A DNA stretch of 64,000 bases from Sphaerodactylus townsendi (taxonomy: Eukaryota). The stretch lies in NCBI RefSeq assembly GCF_021028975.2, contig NC_059430.1, forward strand, positions 108,252,001-108,316,000, read 5' to 3'. A program made the position numbers and the translations under genes. Under the pieces are notes generated by a model. It made no database searches. It had not been told where the DNA came from and saw nothing but the letters and a program-made list of their open reading frames with translations. Below, one piece after another: positions 14,416-26,812 of this stretch (its first letter is position 1; each line of letters starts with the position of its first letter).

Positions 14416-15442
14416 CGGTGATAGCGAACCTTTTCGAGACCGAGTGCCCAAACTGCGACCCAAAACCCACTTATTTATCGCAAAGTGCCAACACGGCAAT
14501 TTAACCTGAAAACTAAGGTTTTAGTTTAGAAAAACGGTTGGCTCCGAGGCGTGCGTTACTAAGAAGTAAGCTTGGTAGTCGGTGGCTTTGCTTTGAAGCA
14601 ACCGTGCAACTCTTCCAATGGGTGAATCACAACCCTAGGAGGGTTTACTCAGAAGCAAGCCCCATTGCCAGCAACCAAGCTTATTCCCAGGTAAAGGATC
14701 GTGTTCTAGTTCTTTGCATGAAAATCAGTGGGGTTTAACAATGCTTAACAGAGGCCGTTTCCGCATGAATGCGGAAGCAGCCGGGTCGGCGTACTCGACG
14801 CCGACCCGACGATGCTAGGACCGTCCGCATGGACGGTCCTAGAAAGAGCCGGGCAGCCGGCGCTGCGGAGCGCCGGCACCCGGCCGACCCGGCATGTCCC
14901 CGGGCCTCCGGCGCGTCGCCGAGGCCTGGGGACATGCCCCCCTGGCCCTGCACGCCTGCTCCAGCGGCGCAGGGCAGGGGGGCGTGTCCCCAGGCCTCGG
15001 CAACGCACCGGAGGCCTGGGGACAAGGTAAGTACAGTGGGGGGGGGAAGCACCGGGAAGCCGCTGCCGTTCAAACGGCAGCGGCTTCCAGCCAGCGTTTC
15101 CTCAACAAGTGCGCTTCAAAGCGCCCTGGGAAAACGCCGGCATCGGGACGGGCAGCCGGCGTGAGGGCGGCGTGGCTGTGACGCAGCTGCACCCCCTGTG
15201 CAAACAGCGGCCTGGGGACGGCATTTTTGCCGTCCCCAAGCCGCCATTTATGGCCCGTGCGGAAAGGGCCAGAGTTACCTACACTGCTTCCCCAAAACTA
15301 GGTCTTAGGTTTAATGCTAATAATTGAGCCCAGCTGCCCAGGCCAGCCTAGATGTGTGAGGGGGAAACTCTGTTTGTGCGTGCCCACAGAGAGGGATCTG
15401 AGTGCCACCTCTGGCACCTGTGCCTTTGCTTCGCCACCACTG
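14416..15442. mobile_element. hAT non-autonomous element with a nested MITE
   Basis: Termini CGGTGATAGCGAA...TTCGCCACCACTG; 8-bp TSD GCCTAGAA. Confidence 0.8.
14753..15270. mobile_element. GC-rich PIF/Harbinger-like MITE (young, CpG intact); related copy at 24487-25000
   Basis: TIR GGCCGTTTCCGCA...TGCGGAAAGGGCC; 3-bp TSD AGA. Confidence 0.75.
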
Positions 15443-15584
15443 GCCTAGAAGCAGTGCAGTTACCTAATCCCAGTGTCACTAGCTTAATCATATCCATGCT
15501 CCATAGCAACCCAGGCAATAGACTTGCATAGCGGTCATTCCCAAAGCAAGTAAGGAACCTATAAATTGTTTTTCACATTGGCCT

Positions 15585-15685
15585 CAGTGGTGGGATTCAA
15601 ATAATTTAACAACTGGCTGATTACAAGCACCATTTTAACAACTGGTTCTGCCGAAGTGGTGCGAACCTGCTGAATCCAACCACTG
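15585..15685. mobile_element. Small hAT MITE
   Basis: CAGTGGTGGGATTCA...TGAATCCAACCACTG; 8-bp TSD ATTGGCCT. Confidence 0.8.
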
Positions 15686-16398
15686 ATTGGCCTGTATCCC
15701 TGCTTAACCAGGCTATAAATATTCATATCCCTGCAGGCTAGCAGAACGAATCTTTTCATTATAGAAATCATAAAACTGTATGGCTTTTATACCATAATTA
15801 GGGGAAATCTCAGGCAACATCAGGACTTCTTTTAAACATCAGCCAGTACTGCAAGATCAAATCCATTCAATTTGCTATACTTTCACTTGATTCTGAGAAA
15901 TTCATTGACCACTTGGAAAAACCCTTTCTATCAGAGAGGTTGAAAAGTAAGGACTTTGGACAGAGGTTCCTCCAGCAGCCCAAGGGCATGAGTGAAATTT
16001 GTTGATTTTCAATCAGGAAACTTCCTGATTCTCTGGGGAATTCATGAATGGGGACAGCAATTAGACACATCCGTAATATTTGTTTTAAGCATAAAAATAA
16101 ATGATCAAAAACCCACCATAAAATTAGGCTTATCATTGATAACCCCCATATTTTGTATCTCCTCCAAAGAAATATGTGTTTCTTGTGTTCAAGAAGAGTT
16201 AGACAAACACAACAGAATCTCTGGATTCAAAATAAATTATGACATCTGAAATTTATACCCATCACTATATTCCATATTAGTGAGAATATGTGCAAAAATG
16301 CCATACAAAAGATAGGCCATATAAAAGATTCAAAGATTTTTGGCTAGAGTTGTTTATTATTACCAAAGAAATCTCAGGGGATCAAATATTACTGGACC

Positions 16399-16990
16399 CA
16401 GTGGCGTAGCACCAATGGGGACATCCGGGCCGGATTGTCCCAGGTGCACACACGACAGGACACGTGGGGGTGCAAAAACACATGGGCAGGGAAACCCTCT
16501 CTGTCCGAGGGAGCAGGCTCCATTGGGCAGAGGGGGAATGGCGGTAGCACCCTGCTCGGTGCCGCCAGCTCTCGTGCCGCGGAAGCCGCCAGCATCGAGC
16601 AGGGAACCCCCTCTGCCCCAGGGAAAAGGCAGCTGCCTTCTCCCTGGGGCAGAGGGGGAATGGCAGAGGCACCCTGCTCGGTGCCGCTGGTTCTCGCGCC
16701 GCTGGAGCCGCCAGCGCTGAGCAGGGAACCCCTCTGCCCCAGGGAAAAGGCAGCTGCCTTCTCCCTGGGGCAGAGAGGGAATGGTGGAGGTGCCCTGCTT
16801 GGTGCTGCTGGCTGTCGCACCACGGGAGCCGGCAGTGCCGAGCAGGGCACCGGCGAACCGGCCAAAAAAAGCTTGCTGCACCCGGGTTAAGTGGAGGGGC
16901 GTTGGGGAGGGAAGGGGTGGCCCGGGGGCTATCCAGGCTTTCCTGCCCATGCCCCCCTAGCCCCTGCTGCGATGGGGGTTTTCTGGCCGG
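16399..16990. mobile_element. CAGTGGCGTAG-ended DNA element with ~115-120 bp internal GC-rich tandem repeats
   Basis: About three units of GCAGGGAACCC...GGGCAGAGGGGGAATGG...CCCTGCTCGGTGCC at 16490-16850; 3' end not identified. Confidence 0.6.
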
Positions 16991-18331
16991 TTTGCCACCA
17001 TTTTCCCTTGCTCGTTTGGACTGGAGAGTTTCTTGGAATATGCTTCTGTCCTTTAGCGTAGAAGAAATTGGCAACTGCAGATACTCATGTAAGTTGATAG
17101 ACAATAGATTCAGGACAGACAAAAGGAAATATTTCTTAATGAGTCATTAAATTAGTGATGGTTGTGAGCATGGATAGCTTTAAAAGGGGGTGGGCTGATT
17201 AATGGAAGAGAGGTCTTTCAAAGCCATGGTAACTAAAGAGGCAGCAAACGTCAGCATATCAATGTTAGCAGGCAACTTCAGGGGAAGGCCCTCCAGAGGA
17301 ATATATTGACCAGTGTGTGAAATAGGAAGCTGGTGTGATGCCACTGGTCTGATCCTGCAGGTCTCTTTTCATCAACCATCTGTCCTGATACAGTTGAAAG
17401 TACCCAAACAATTCAAGTCCTCTCTTTCCTTTCCAGAGGTTTTCATCAGACCTGGTAATTGATTTGATTCTTAATGAGAAATCTTGCACGGCTCAATAGA
17501 AATAGAGCTATAGAATGCTCATTGCCCTTCTTTGCCTGAAGATGGTAGCACTGACTTGATGAATTGGCAGAATCATTTCAGTTAGCTACCACTAGAGGGA
17601 CGGCAGTGGCATTATTTCAGAAAAGACAATTCAGTGCAAAAGGGAGGGGGGAGGGGGGAGGGGGGAGGGGGGCAAGAGACAAGTCGCTGAGATGTTTAAA
17701 TATTGGACCAGTAAAGATTTTGCAACCAGCACATTACTTTATCGGTGCAAAGCTTTTTCTTGAAATAATATCTCTACACAGGATGTGCTCTGCAGAGGTG
17801 GGGGGGGGGGGTAGTTCCTAAAAAGGGTAGGATTTGGGCAGGAGAGGCAGCTATTACGGATATGTCACTAGGCTAGGACTTCCATTTCTCCTAGACTGGT
17901 TTTAATACTTGTATTTTATTATTTTGCGGAATGTTTGGAGTGTTATTTTATTGATTTTAAATTTCTAATGGAACTACAGAACGGGGGGGCGGGAGGAGAC
18001 GATTCTGTGTCACGCTGTCGGTATTTGGCTGGGGCAGTTTGCAGCACGGAGCGGTGAGGGAAAGACTACAGAAGGGGGGGTGATTCTGTGAAACACTTCC
18101 TGTCTATGTGGAACAGGGCACAATATTAGGCGTTACATTTCTGGGTACCGTGTGGTGGAGGGAAGACTACGGAACGGGGGAATAATTCTGGGTGCGCTTC
18201 CGGTATTGGAGGCATGCGGACCTCATTAGCGGTAGCGTGGCAGAAAGACTACAAAACGGGGGCGATGATTCAAGAGAATACTTCCGGCTCATGTAGTATT
18301 CGCTGTGACACTTCAAAACAGGGCCAGGGAA

Positions 18332-18349
18332 TGCTGCCATCTAGTGGCC
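18332..18349 (-). promoter_or_regulatory. CTCF consensus site
   Basis: Reverse strand reads GGCCACTAGATGGCAGCA, a near-perfect CTCF core. Confidence 0.65.
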
Positions 18350-18555
18350 CAATAAATAATGTTCAATTGAGGTGAGCCTGATAGCGGAAGCGGAGCCATT
18401 TATAGAGACACGCCCACAACCTCCACTTCTGGTGTTTAGCAGCGGGACTACAGAAGAGGGGCAAGAGTTTCATGTGACATTTCTTGTCCCCGGGGCTGGG
18501 AGACCTCATCGGTTGCGTCACTTCCGGGCTTTGATAGCGGAGAAAAACATTGGGG

Positions 18556-19406
18556 CAGAGGTTCTAAATTCCTGCGGTCGGGGACAGATCGTGATTGCAG
18601 GCACCCCAATATTGCCGGTACTCAAGCGACCGTGCGGGGCAGCCGGCCAGTTCCCCCCTCTGGCTGCTTTATTTCCCCCTTTCCTTCAGCTGGACATTTT
18701 GGTTTGTTCCTCTCTGCCTTGAGTCCCAGCAACAGAGCGGCATCCTCCACTTTGGAGAGTCTGATGTTCGATTTATGCTCCATTATTCTTAATTTCAAAC
18801 TTCTGGTCGTCATTCCGACGTAATTCATCTTACATCTGCACTGGATAAGATATACACATTTGGCAGTCTGACAATTTGAAAATTGTTTCAAATGCCATAT
18901 GTATTCCTTATTGGGATCAACAAACACTTTAGTGTTTTGTGATAGAGTACATACCGTGCAGTGTCCACATTTATAATGTCCTAAGGTGAGAGGAATATAT
19001 CTTATAGTTGATCTGTAGTCTGATTTAATTAATTTCTGTTTCAGATTCTCTGTTTTTCTATACCCTATCTTGGGCATGACTTCACAGCCTGGTATTTCTG
19101 ACACTAGATCAATATGATATTCTTAATTCCCTGTGCTCTCATCACAAACCCATCTGAGTGGGCAGACCTAAACAGGACATGTGTTACATATAACGCGGGA
19201 CAGGTGGGGCAGAGATAAAGATCCCCCCCCCCCCCCGCTTAATTGCCTTTTCCACTTCAAAGCAACTTTTGATATCTCATCCCAGTCCTCGGATACTTTG
19301 CCCTGCCCAATTTTTGGCATGGCCGGAGTCTCCCCCCCCTTAAAAATGCCCACCCCCAGGCAGCGGTGCATTGTGCATCCCCCGTCCCCTTGGACTTACG
19401 CCTCTG
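18556..19406. mobile_element. Probable hAT-type composite element enclosing the GIY-YIG fragment
   Basis: 3' end TTACGCCTCTG with a subterminal region like 32790-32848; 5' end CAGAGG is degenerate; TSD not evident. Confidence 0.45.
18745..19130 (-). mobile_element. Penelope-like (Neptune-type) GIY-YIG endonuclease fragment
   Basis: CGHCTVC linker, then CVYLIQCRCKMNYVGMTTRSLKLRIMEHKSNIR (GIY-YIG core); truncated at both ends. Confidence 0.85.
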
Positions 19407-20239
19407 CCCAAATCTATTTATTGTTAATTTTTATTTTGCTGATGTTGGGGGGGGGGGTGAGTGGTGGCTTCATTGGGATTTTTGCATACAAGTACCATAG
19501 ATAAAGTAGTATCAGAGGAAGAGGGGAGGCGGGTTATGAAAGGAGAAGGATTCCTAGCAGCTCTGGATAGTTCTCTTGGTTTCATCCCCAGTAAGACAAA
19601 ATAGAAATCTGGTTCACCCTAACAAAACAGCTTTCATGAGTCAGAGCTCACTTCATCAGGTGCATAAAATGTACCTCAATTAGGTGGGTCCATATATAGG
19701 AAAGGCTGTGAACAGCAGAAAGTGGAGTGTGAGGTTAGGTAAACAAATTTTTATAAAGACAGCCAGGTTCATTTCTAAAATTTGGCTATATAACATTCCT
19801 CCAGCCTTTCTGTTGCTCACATCCATCAGATGAGAATCCTGGCTCAGGCAAACTTGTGCTGGCATAGGTTTCATCACTTCTAAAATGCCACTAGAGTTCT
19901 GTTTAGCTGCTGGAGACTAACATGACCATTCCTATTCAGTAGCTTTAAAATGGCTTTAAAATGTTGAGCTATCATAAGTTTAAGTCTCCAAAATGATCGC
20001 TCAACATTTTAAAGCCATTGCATAGGGATGCCCATAAGTGGCCCAGAAACACAGTAAGATACAGCAGATGAGATTACCTTGACCTAGCCTACCTCACAAG
20101 ATAGTTGTGAAGTTGAAAGGGCTACATATAAGCCTAGAAAGAAGGAAAGAGCTAACTGGGGGGAATATCCCTCCTTTGAACAGAGGCTAACTGGATAGGT
20201 GACCTTTTGATCTCATTGCAGGAACTGTCATCACTTGGT

Positions 20240-20665
20240 GAATAACGGCCCATTAAACCTAATAAAGGTACATTATTTCCGGGGTGCTGGCAACAGCGCG
20301 CCCCAAGCGACATTTTTTTAAACTTCTCATTATACTAGCACTTTTAAAAAAAATCCAGACTGTTCTGGAAGTTCCCATCATTCCGGATCGTAGTAACCAC
20401 GGCAACTGACGCCGGAGGCGGGGAATACCGGACCTCAACGGATTCTCACGATTTCTTCTTCAAATTTGATTGGAAGAGGCCGTTGCCAATCAGCAAGAGA
20501 AGACTCGTGATTGGCCACAGGCATCTTTTTCCGGCGGAGTCGCAGTTCATGTTCCGGTGTCAGTACTGACGGTGCGTGTTAGCAACCGAAAAGGCGGGTA
20601 GGCCTAGGCGGTGCTTCCTGCGGTGAGGAAGGGAACGGGAAAAGCCTCACGCGGAGCCGGCAACG
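20240..20665 (+). promoter_or_regulatory. NUDC: NUDC CpG-island promoter / 5' UTR
   Basis: CpG-rich; CCAAT boxes at 20469 (rev), 20486 and 20510 (rev); TTCCGG ETS cores; X-box-like GTAACCACGGCAAC at 20393-20406. Confidence 0.7.
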
Positions 20666-20761
20666 ATGGGGGCCAGCGGGGAGGATGCGGCTGACAGCGA
20701 GGAGCGCTTCGACGGCATGTTGTTAGCGATGGCCCAGCAGCACCAGGGTGGCGTGCGGGAG
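20666..20761 (+). CDS. NUDC: NUDC exon 1 (nuclear distribution C, dynein/Hsp90 co-chaperone)
   Basis: MGASGEDAADSEERFDGMLLAMAQQHQGGVRE, donor GAG|gtaag. Confidence 0.95.
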
Positions 20762-21479
20762 GTAAGATGGAGGGCTGAAGGAAGGCACACACACGCACAC
20801 CCGGCCTTCTTTCTGCCCTTTTAGGTTATCTCTAGGGCCTGCCCAGCGGTGGAACATCTGTTTTGCGTGCTGAAGGTCCCAGGTTTGGTCCCTTCGACCT
20901 CCAATGAAAAGGGGTAGGAAGGAAGTGAAGACTCTTATCCAGAAAACTTGGACCGCCACTGACAGTCGGAGAAGATGGTGCTGATTTTGATGGGACAAGA
21001 GTCATATGAATATAAGGGTCTCTTTGGTCAGACCAGTGGTTTTTTCATCGCAGGGTCCTGTCGGACAGTGGCCATGTAGTTTCCCTGGAGGGTCAAACTG
21101 ACAGTGTAGATCAGGGGTGTCCAACTCTGGCCTTCCAGTTGTTCGTGGGCATTGATACCCATCAGCCCCTGGCCATGCTGCCAGAGGCTGATGGGAATTG
21201 TAGTCCATGAACATATGGAGGGCCAGAGTTGGCCACTCCTAGAATAGAGACTGAGGTCCTCTTTTATTTTGTACATATAGACAACATATACAGAAAAAGC
21301 CCAAATCTGATCTCCCCTCCTCCAATATAATAATAAAAAATACACCCCACCCCTGCACATATATATGTGGTGACTTCCAGCTACCTCATTATGGATCCGA
21401 AAGCAAATCTAGTTTCATCTTTGTGGTCGATATCTGCATTTTTTTCACTTTTAATCTTTCTTGTAAAATTACTTTAGTC

Positions 21480-21880
21480 CAATACACTGTTCATTTAAAT
21501 CTGGAAGCCTGCCGTTATTTCTCTATTCATATTTTTTTCAGTAGATAGTCTGCAAAGAGTTTCCAAATCCTTAAGGAAATTGCCCATGTTTTTGTCTCAT
21601 ATAAATGCCTTCAGCCTCACCATCTCTGCATATTCTGTGACTTTTAAAATCCAGTCTTGTTTTGTTGAAATTTTATTGACCCTCCAGTTGTATGCATATA
21701 AAATCCTTGCTGCAGTTGTTATGTGCATTAAAAGTGTTCTGTATTGATCTAGAATATCCTTCCCCATCAGGCCCAACAAGAATGTCTCAGTTTTTTTTCT
21801 CAATTGTTATTTTCATACTCTTTTGCATTTCCTTTACAATCATATTCCAAAACAATTTTGCCCTTAGCTCTCTTTTTTCT
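21480..21880 (-). mobile_element. L1/Tx1-clade LINE 3' remnant
   Basis: ETFLLGL...LLMHITTAARILYAYNWR...DWILKVTEYAEM, typical of the reptile L1 ORF2 C-terminus. Confidence 0.65.
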
Positions 21881-22700
21881 ACGCTGTAGTGTCCCAGACT
21901 CTTCAGCTTTTCCTCATGGGAAAAGTGCCCGACTTCCTAAATACTTTGATTGCCCTACTTTGTATTTTTTCTGCAGTATCCTTTTTGAGATTCAGTAACG
22001 AGAACTGCCAACCATTTGCCAATCATAGCTTTATACAAGGGCATTACATTATTTACATTTATTTTCAGATCCTTTTCTAATAATTTCTAGCATGGAGTTT
22101 GCCTTTTTTTATCACCACTGCACACTGTGTTGACAGTTTCATCGTTGACAGTTTCATTATGCTTTCCACTACAACTCTTTTAAGTCTTAGCATATATTTA
22201 AAATTAGAACTGTTTGTTCCAGTATGCATGACCTTATACATAACCATGTTGTATTCCTCTTGCCATGTTATTGCCCACTCATCCAATTTAAGAAGATCCT
22301 TCAATTTTTCATTATCTGCCTTGGTTTTAACCATCCTGAATAATCTGGCATTATCTACACACTTGACTACTTGACTATCAGCCCCAATTCCAAATCCCTT
22401 ATGAAAAAATTAAATAGCACCAATCCTTGTGGGACTCCCATTGCTCATTTTCCACTGTTAGAAATGTCTATTTATTCCTGGTCTCTGGTGCCTGTTATTT
22501 AACCAACTTATAATCTTTAATATGATCTATATTCTTATCCCACGATTGCTGTACTTACTCGGGAATCTTTGGTGAGATACTTCGGTCTAAAGCCTTTTGG
22601 AAATCCAAATACCGGTATCATGTCTGCCCTATTTACATCTGTGTTACCCCATCCAAACTTCATAAGGTTGGTGAGGGAGGGACTCTCTTTGTTTAACTGT
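21880..22700 (-). mobile_element. Decayed CR1 LINE remnant
   Basis: RT-like residues on the reverse strand (LLKLDEWAITWQ..., KLSTQCAVVIKK, FGFPKGF). Confidence 0.65.
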
Positions 22701-25268
22701 ACAAAGTGGAAATTCATCAACCTACTGGTCAGATATTCACTGATGCAGCTGTAACAACAGTGTGGTGTAGTGTAAGTCCCATTGGTCATGTTTTATGTGC
22801 CATGCTCAGTGTCTGGCATTGCTAGACAAAGTGTTCTGGGAAAAGGTGCTGGTGGGGGGAGAGGGGACTGAGCCCAAGACCCTGGAGGATCACTGCCAGG
22901 TAGAGGAGGCGGTACTGAGTTACCAACCCAGTTGTGATATCAACACTCTGTTTGCCTTTTTGAATTTCTGATGCTTTCTTGTTTTGGGAAGATGGATGTT
23001 GAACCAAAGCTGCAAAGAGAACACAGGAGGCATCGTCTTGATCCTATTAGACAAAGATTCCTGGACTAAATGGACTAAGCCTGGTGGCAGGCTTTTATGG
23101 TCTGTAGCCATTCATTTCATCCATGTTGGCACATCTAAACATCTTTTAACCTAGTTTGACTCGAGTTGAAAGCAGTGATGGTCTGGACCTTGTGGGGGAC
23201 CCTCCCGCAATAGGCACTAGGCACACTGTTGCTTAGCATCACCTATTGTACTGTTTTAATTTAATTTTAATCTATGTATTTAGTGTATTTTAAATTGTGG
23301 TTACCCGTCCTGAGCCCTGCTATACAGGGGGAGTGCAGACTATAAATTTAAGTATAAAATAAAAAATAAATCAATACCAAATTTGAAGAACATGGTAGTT
23401 GTCCACCCATTCAGCATCGGTTTAGTTGTCATGCCAGAATGTGATCTGGCTTTTCTCAACACAGCTTGTGATTTGTAAGCTCCAATTCAGATAGCTGCTC
23501 ATTTCATGCTCTGGTCTGGATAGCAAGCACAAGTCATCATTCACCAGATTAAATATAGTGGCCAGTTATTGTTTGTCCTAAATGTGGAATTTCTAGTTGA
23601 CCTGCAGCATACAGACATGGTTGTGGGGAGGGCACAGTCATGTGACACCAAGCCATGACATGTGAACTAATATATAAACACAGTCTTGGATTTGGGGATT
23701 AGATTTAAAGAAGTAATGGTTTATACTGTTACATTTTTGTTAGGAGTAAGCAGAGTATTCCTGTTCAATGTTCCCTGCCTTTTCAAGGCTACACATTTTT
23801 CTTGCCTTTACTCATTATCTTTCCACCTCCATATCCTAAGGTATAGTTCAGTAGCTAGTGGTATTCTGTTGATATAATTGGAGTGGCATTGGGAAAAGAG
23901 GTCAGTGAGTAAGTTAAAACTTGTTATTCATTGTCAAATCCATTATTGGTGGAGATGATTGGAGAAATATAACTCCTAATTTGTTTACTTTGTTTATACC
24001 CTACCTTTTTGCCACAAATGGGGACCCAAAGTGGTTTACATCTTTGTCCCTTTCTCCAGAGGTGTGTCTGCACTCCTACATTCTTGCTGGGTGACCTTGG
24101 GCTAGTCACAGTTCTTCGGAACTCTCTCAGCCCCACTTATCTCACAAGGTGTTTGTTGTGGGAAGAGGAAGGGAAAGGAGCTTATAAGTTCTCCTTACAG
24201 GAGAAAAAAGTGGGGTATAAATCCAGACTCTTCTTCTTCTTCTATTTTACTTTCACAAAAACCTTGTGAGCTGGGTTAGTTAAGTGTGTGTGACTAGCCC
24301 AGCAATTTCCCATAGCAAATTGGTTTCCAACCAGGGTCTCCAAGATCCTAGTCTGACATTCTGATTACTACACCACACTACTGCATTAGAGATGTCCTTG
24401 TACCTTTGCTCTCTGAATGCTGTAAGCAATCATGAGTGGGATAATTACTTTGTTCTAGCACATTTCCTTCTGGAACATTTAACTATGGCTGTTTCTGCAA
24501 AGCCCAATAACAGTGCCCCAGGGACAGTAAAAACACCATCCCTGGGCCACTGTTCACACAGCCGGCACTGCTGCATCTCAGCAGCACCATGCTCATGCCG
24601 GCCAAGCAGCACGAAAATGTCACTTTTGAACCTCGCTCAACAAGCGAGGTTTTCCAAAAGCAGTGTCTTCCACCCACTGCCGTTTGCACGGCAGCGGGTA
24701 GAAGGCAACATCCCCTCCTCCCGCCCTCCCCAAGTGGCTCTTACCTTCTCCTGGCTTCCGTCGCATTGTGGAGGCCAGGGGACACACCTCCAACTCCAGA
24801 GCCGTCGCTCTGGCCACAGGGGCGTGTACCCTGGCCTCTACAACATGGCTGAAGCCATGAGAAGGTAAGAGCCGTTTGGGGACGGCGCAGCCTGTGCAAA
24901 GGCTGCGCCATCGGCTGCGTACCCAGTGGGACCGCCCATGCAAATAGTTCCGGGGTGCATCGGCATAAACCCCCACTCAGCTGGCCGTGCAGAAACGGCC
25001 TTAAAGACAAAGTTCTGGGGTAAAAGGACTATTACTCTGAGCAGTACTGCAGTTGTGATATCAACACTTTATTTGCCTTTTTGGACTTCTAATGCTTGTT
25101 ATGGAGAGATGAATGTTAAACGAAAGCTGCGAAGGCTACCAGAGGACTCTGGTACAGGCTGGGGAGGGTGTGTGTGGATTGGATTCTTGAGGAGTAATCT
25201 GTGCATAGGTGTAGCCTGAAACAAGTATCTCTGACCTCTTAAGAATACCTTGTCTCTCTTCTGTGCAG

Positions 25269-25346
25269 CTTGTGAATACCTTCTTCAGCTTCTTGAGACG
25301 CAAAACTGATTTCTTCGTTGGAGGAGAAGATAATGCTGCAGAGAAG
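25269..25346 (+). CDS. NUDC: NUDC exon 2
   Basis: tgcag|[26 protein letters not shown]|gtatc. Confidence 0.95.
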
Positions 25347-26812
25347 GTATCAGATCTGTTACGACTTGTCTTGTGGAGGGACAATTACCTCTCTGTGTCA
25401 GTGAGAGCTGTTTCACATAGTGTCATTTTTATATCTCACATATACCCTTTAGTTACCCTTGGCTGGTATATAGGAATGGCATCGTGTCCTGTTCTTGGAA
25501 ACACTAGAGGCCAAACTGGTCAAAGTCTGACCTTGTCTGACCATGTTTATTTCTCTGACACCTTATTGCTTTGACCAAAGGCTAGTTTTGCTTGCCAGAT
25601 GTACTGATTTTATTGTGACAGGTGAGTAGAGAGTCATAATTCTCTGCTTGCTTTGTTTGTTCACTTTTGAAAAAGCACTAAGTCCACTTCTACAGCTATA
25701 GCATTGTCCCTGATAACAAAATTTGGTCAAACCTCAACATTGTTGGCAGACGTGAAAATATTCATTCAGTACATAATCTGATGCCAATTGGGGGGGGGGG
25801 GGGCCATTCATCTTTAAACGTACAAGTTCTTATTAATCTGGCAGTTGATTAAGTAGGTCTAAGAAATCAATTTTTTCTGTAAATTTTCAGGGACTCAATG
25901 GATAACATCTGTCCTTTTCTCTTTTTAAAAAAAGTCTGAGGCAGCAAACATAGCCATGTTGTTGTTTCTACGGCTGGCACAGGTTGCCAACATGTCACTG
26001 TCCAAAGGGCGCATGAGATCACAGGTTACCAAATTTCAGCCATCTGTTCATAGCCTTTCACTGAAGGTCACCAAGCAGTGAGAACCCTTGAAATATGGCC
26101 AGTTATGGGGACAGGTGACTGCGTCACCTCTTGCAGCAAGCATGCTAGAGTCCAAGCCCTCGGTCCTTTTGTTCTGGAATCCAGACAAAAGTAGCAACGT
26201 TCATTCTGAGTCTGGAGAAAGGGTCATGGGAAATACATTCCCATAATTCCTTCTTTTCTCCTCTCTGCGGACCCAAAGTGGCTTCCAATATCATACGCCC
26301 GTCCTCCATTTTATCCTCCCAGCAGCCACCCTTCGAGGTAGGCCAGGCTAGACAGAGTCACTGGCCCAGAGCCACCTACCAGAGTGGGGATTTGAACTTG
26401 GATCTCCCAGATCTTAGTCCGACACTAACCTCAAGTATTGTTTGAAAATATATTTCCAGGATTTTGGTGTCTTGGCATCCTGGGGAATATTTTTTTTTTT
26501 TGGGGGGGGGGGGGTTTCCACATATTGTAGACACTCACTTAAAGTGGGCATTGTTGACTTTGCATTATTCTTCTCATACCCTTGTCCTGTTATGGATAAT
26601 ATCTTGTGAAGTGCTGGAACTTGGAGTCAACCTATTTTTTCCAAAAAAATTATTTCCTCCCACTTTCATCAGATTTTGGGGTAAGGCGCGGTACTGATTC
26701 CGTGGAAGAAGCCCCCTTCCGTTGTTGCTGCTGTTTAGGCACTAGAGGAATGTAAAACATAGAGAATACTAAAATCTTAGAACCTTCATGGTTGAAAAGT
26801 TGGGTGCAGATA

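Noticed and set aside
14735-15327. Cluster of overlapping GC-rich ORFs
   Set aside because: They lie within a GC-rich MITE; the lack of stops is compositional.
16340-17122. ORFs of up to 246 aa on both strands
   Set aside because: Translation of ~118-bp tandem repeats; no recognisable protein.
18465-18540. Possible hammerhead (CCGATGA...GAAA on minus)
   Set aside because: Core mismatched and no stem I or cleavage site; explained by CRE/ETS palindromic motifs.
17965-18545. CRISPR-like repeat/spacer appearance
   Set aside because: Vertebrate DNA; repeats are degenerate and irregularly spaced; no cas genes.
22930-22975. C/D snoRNA in the duplicated intronic block
   Set aside because: C box imperfect, spacing too short, and the D box is absent in the second copy.
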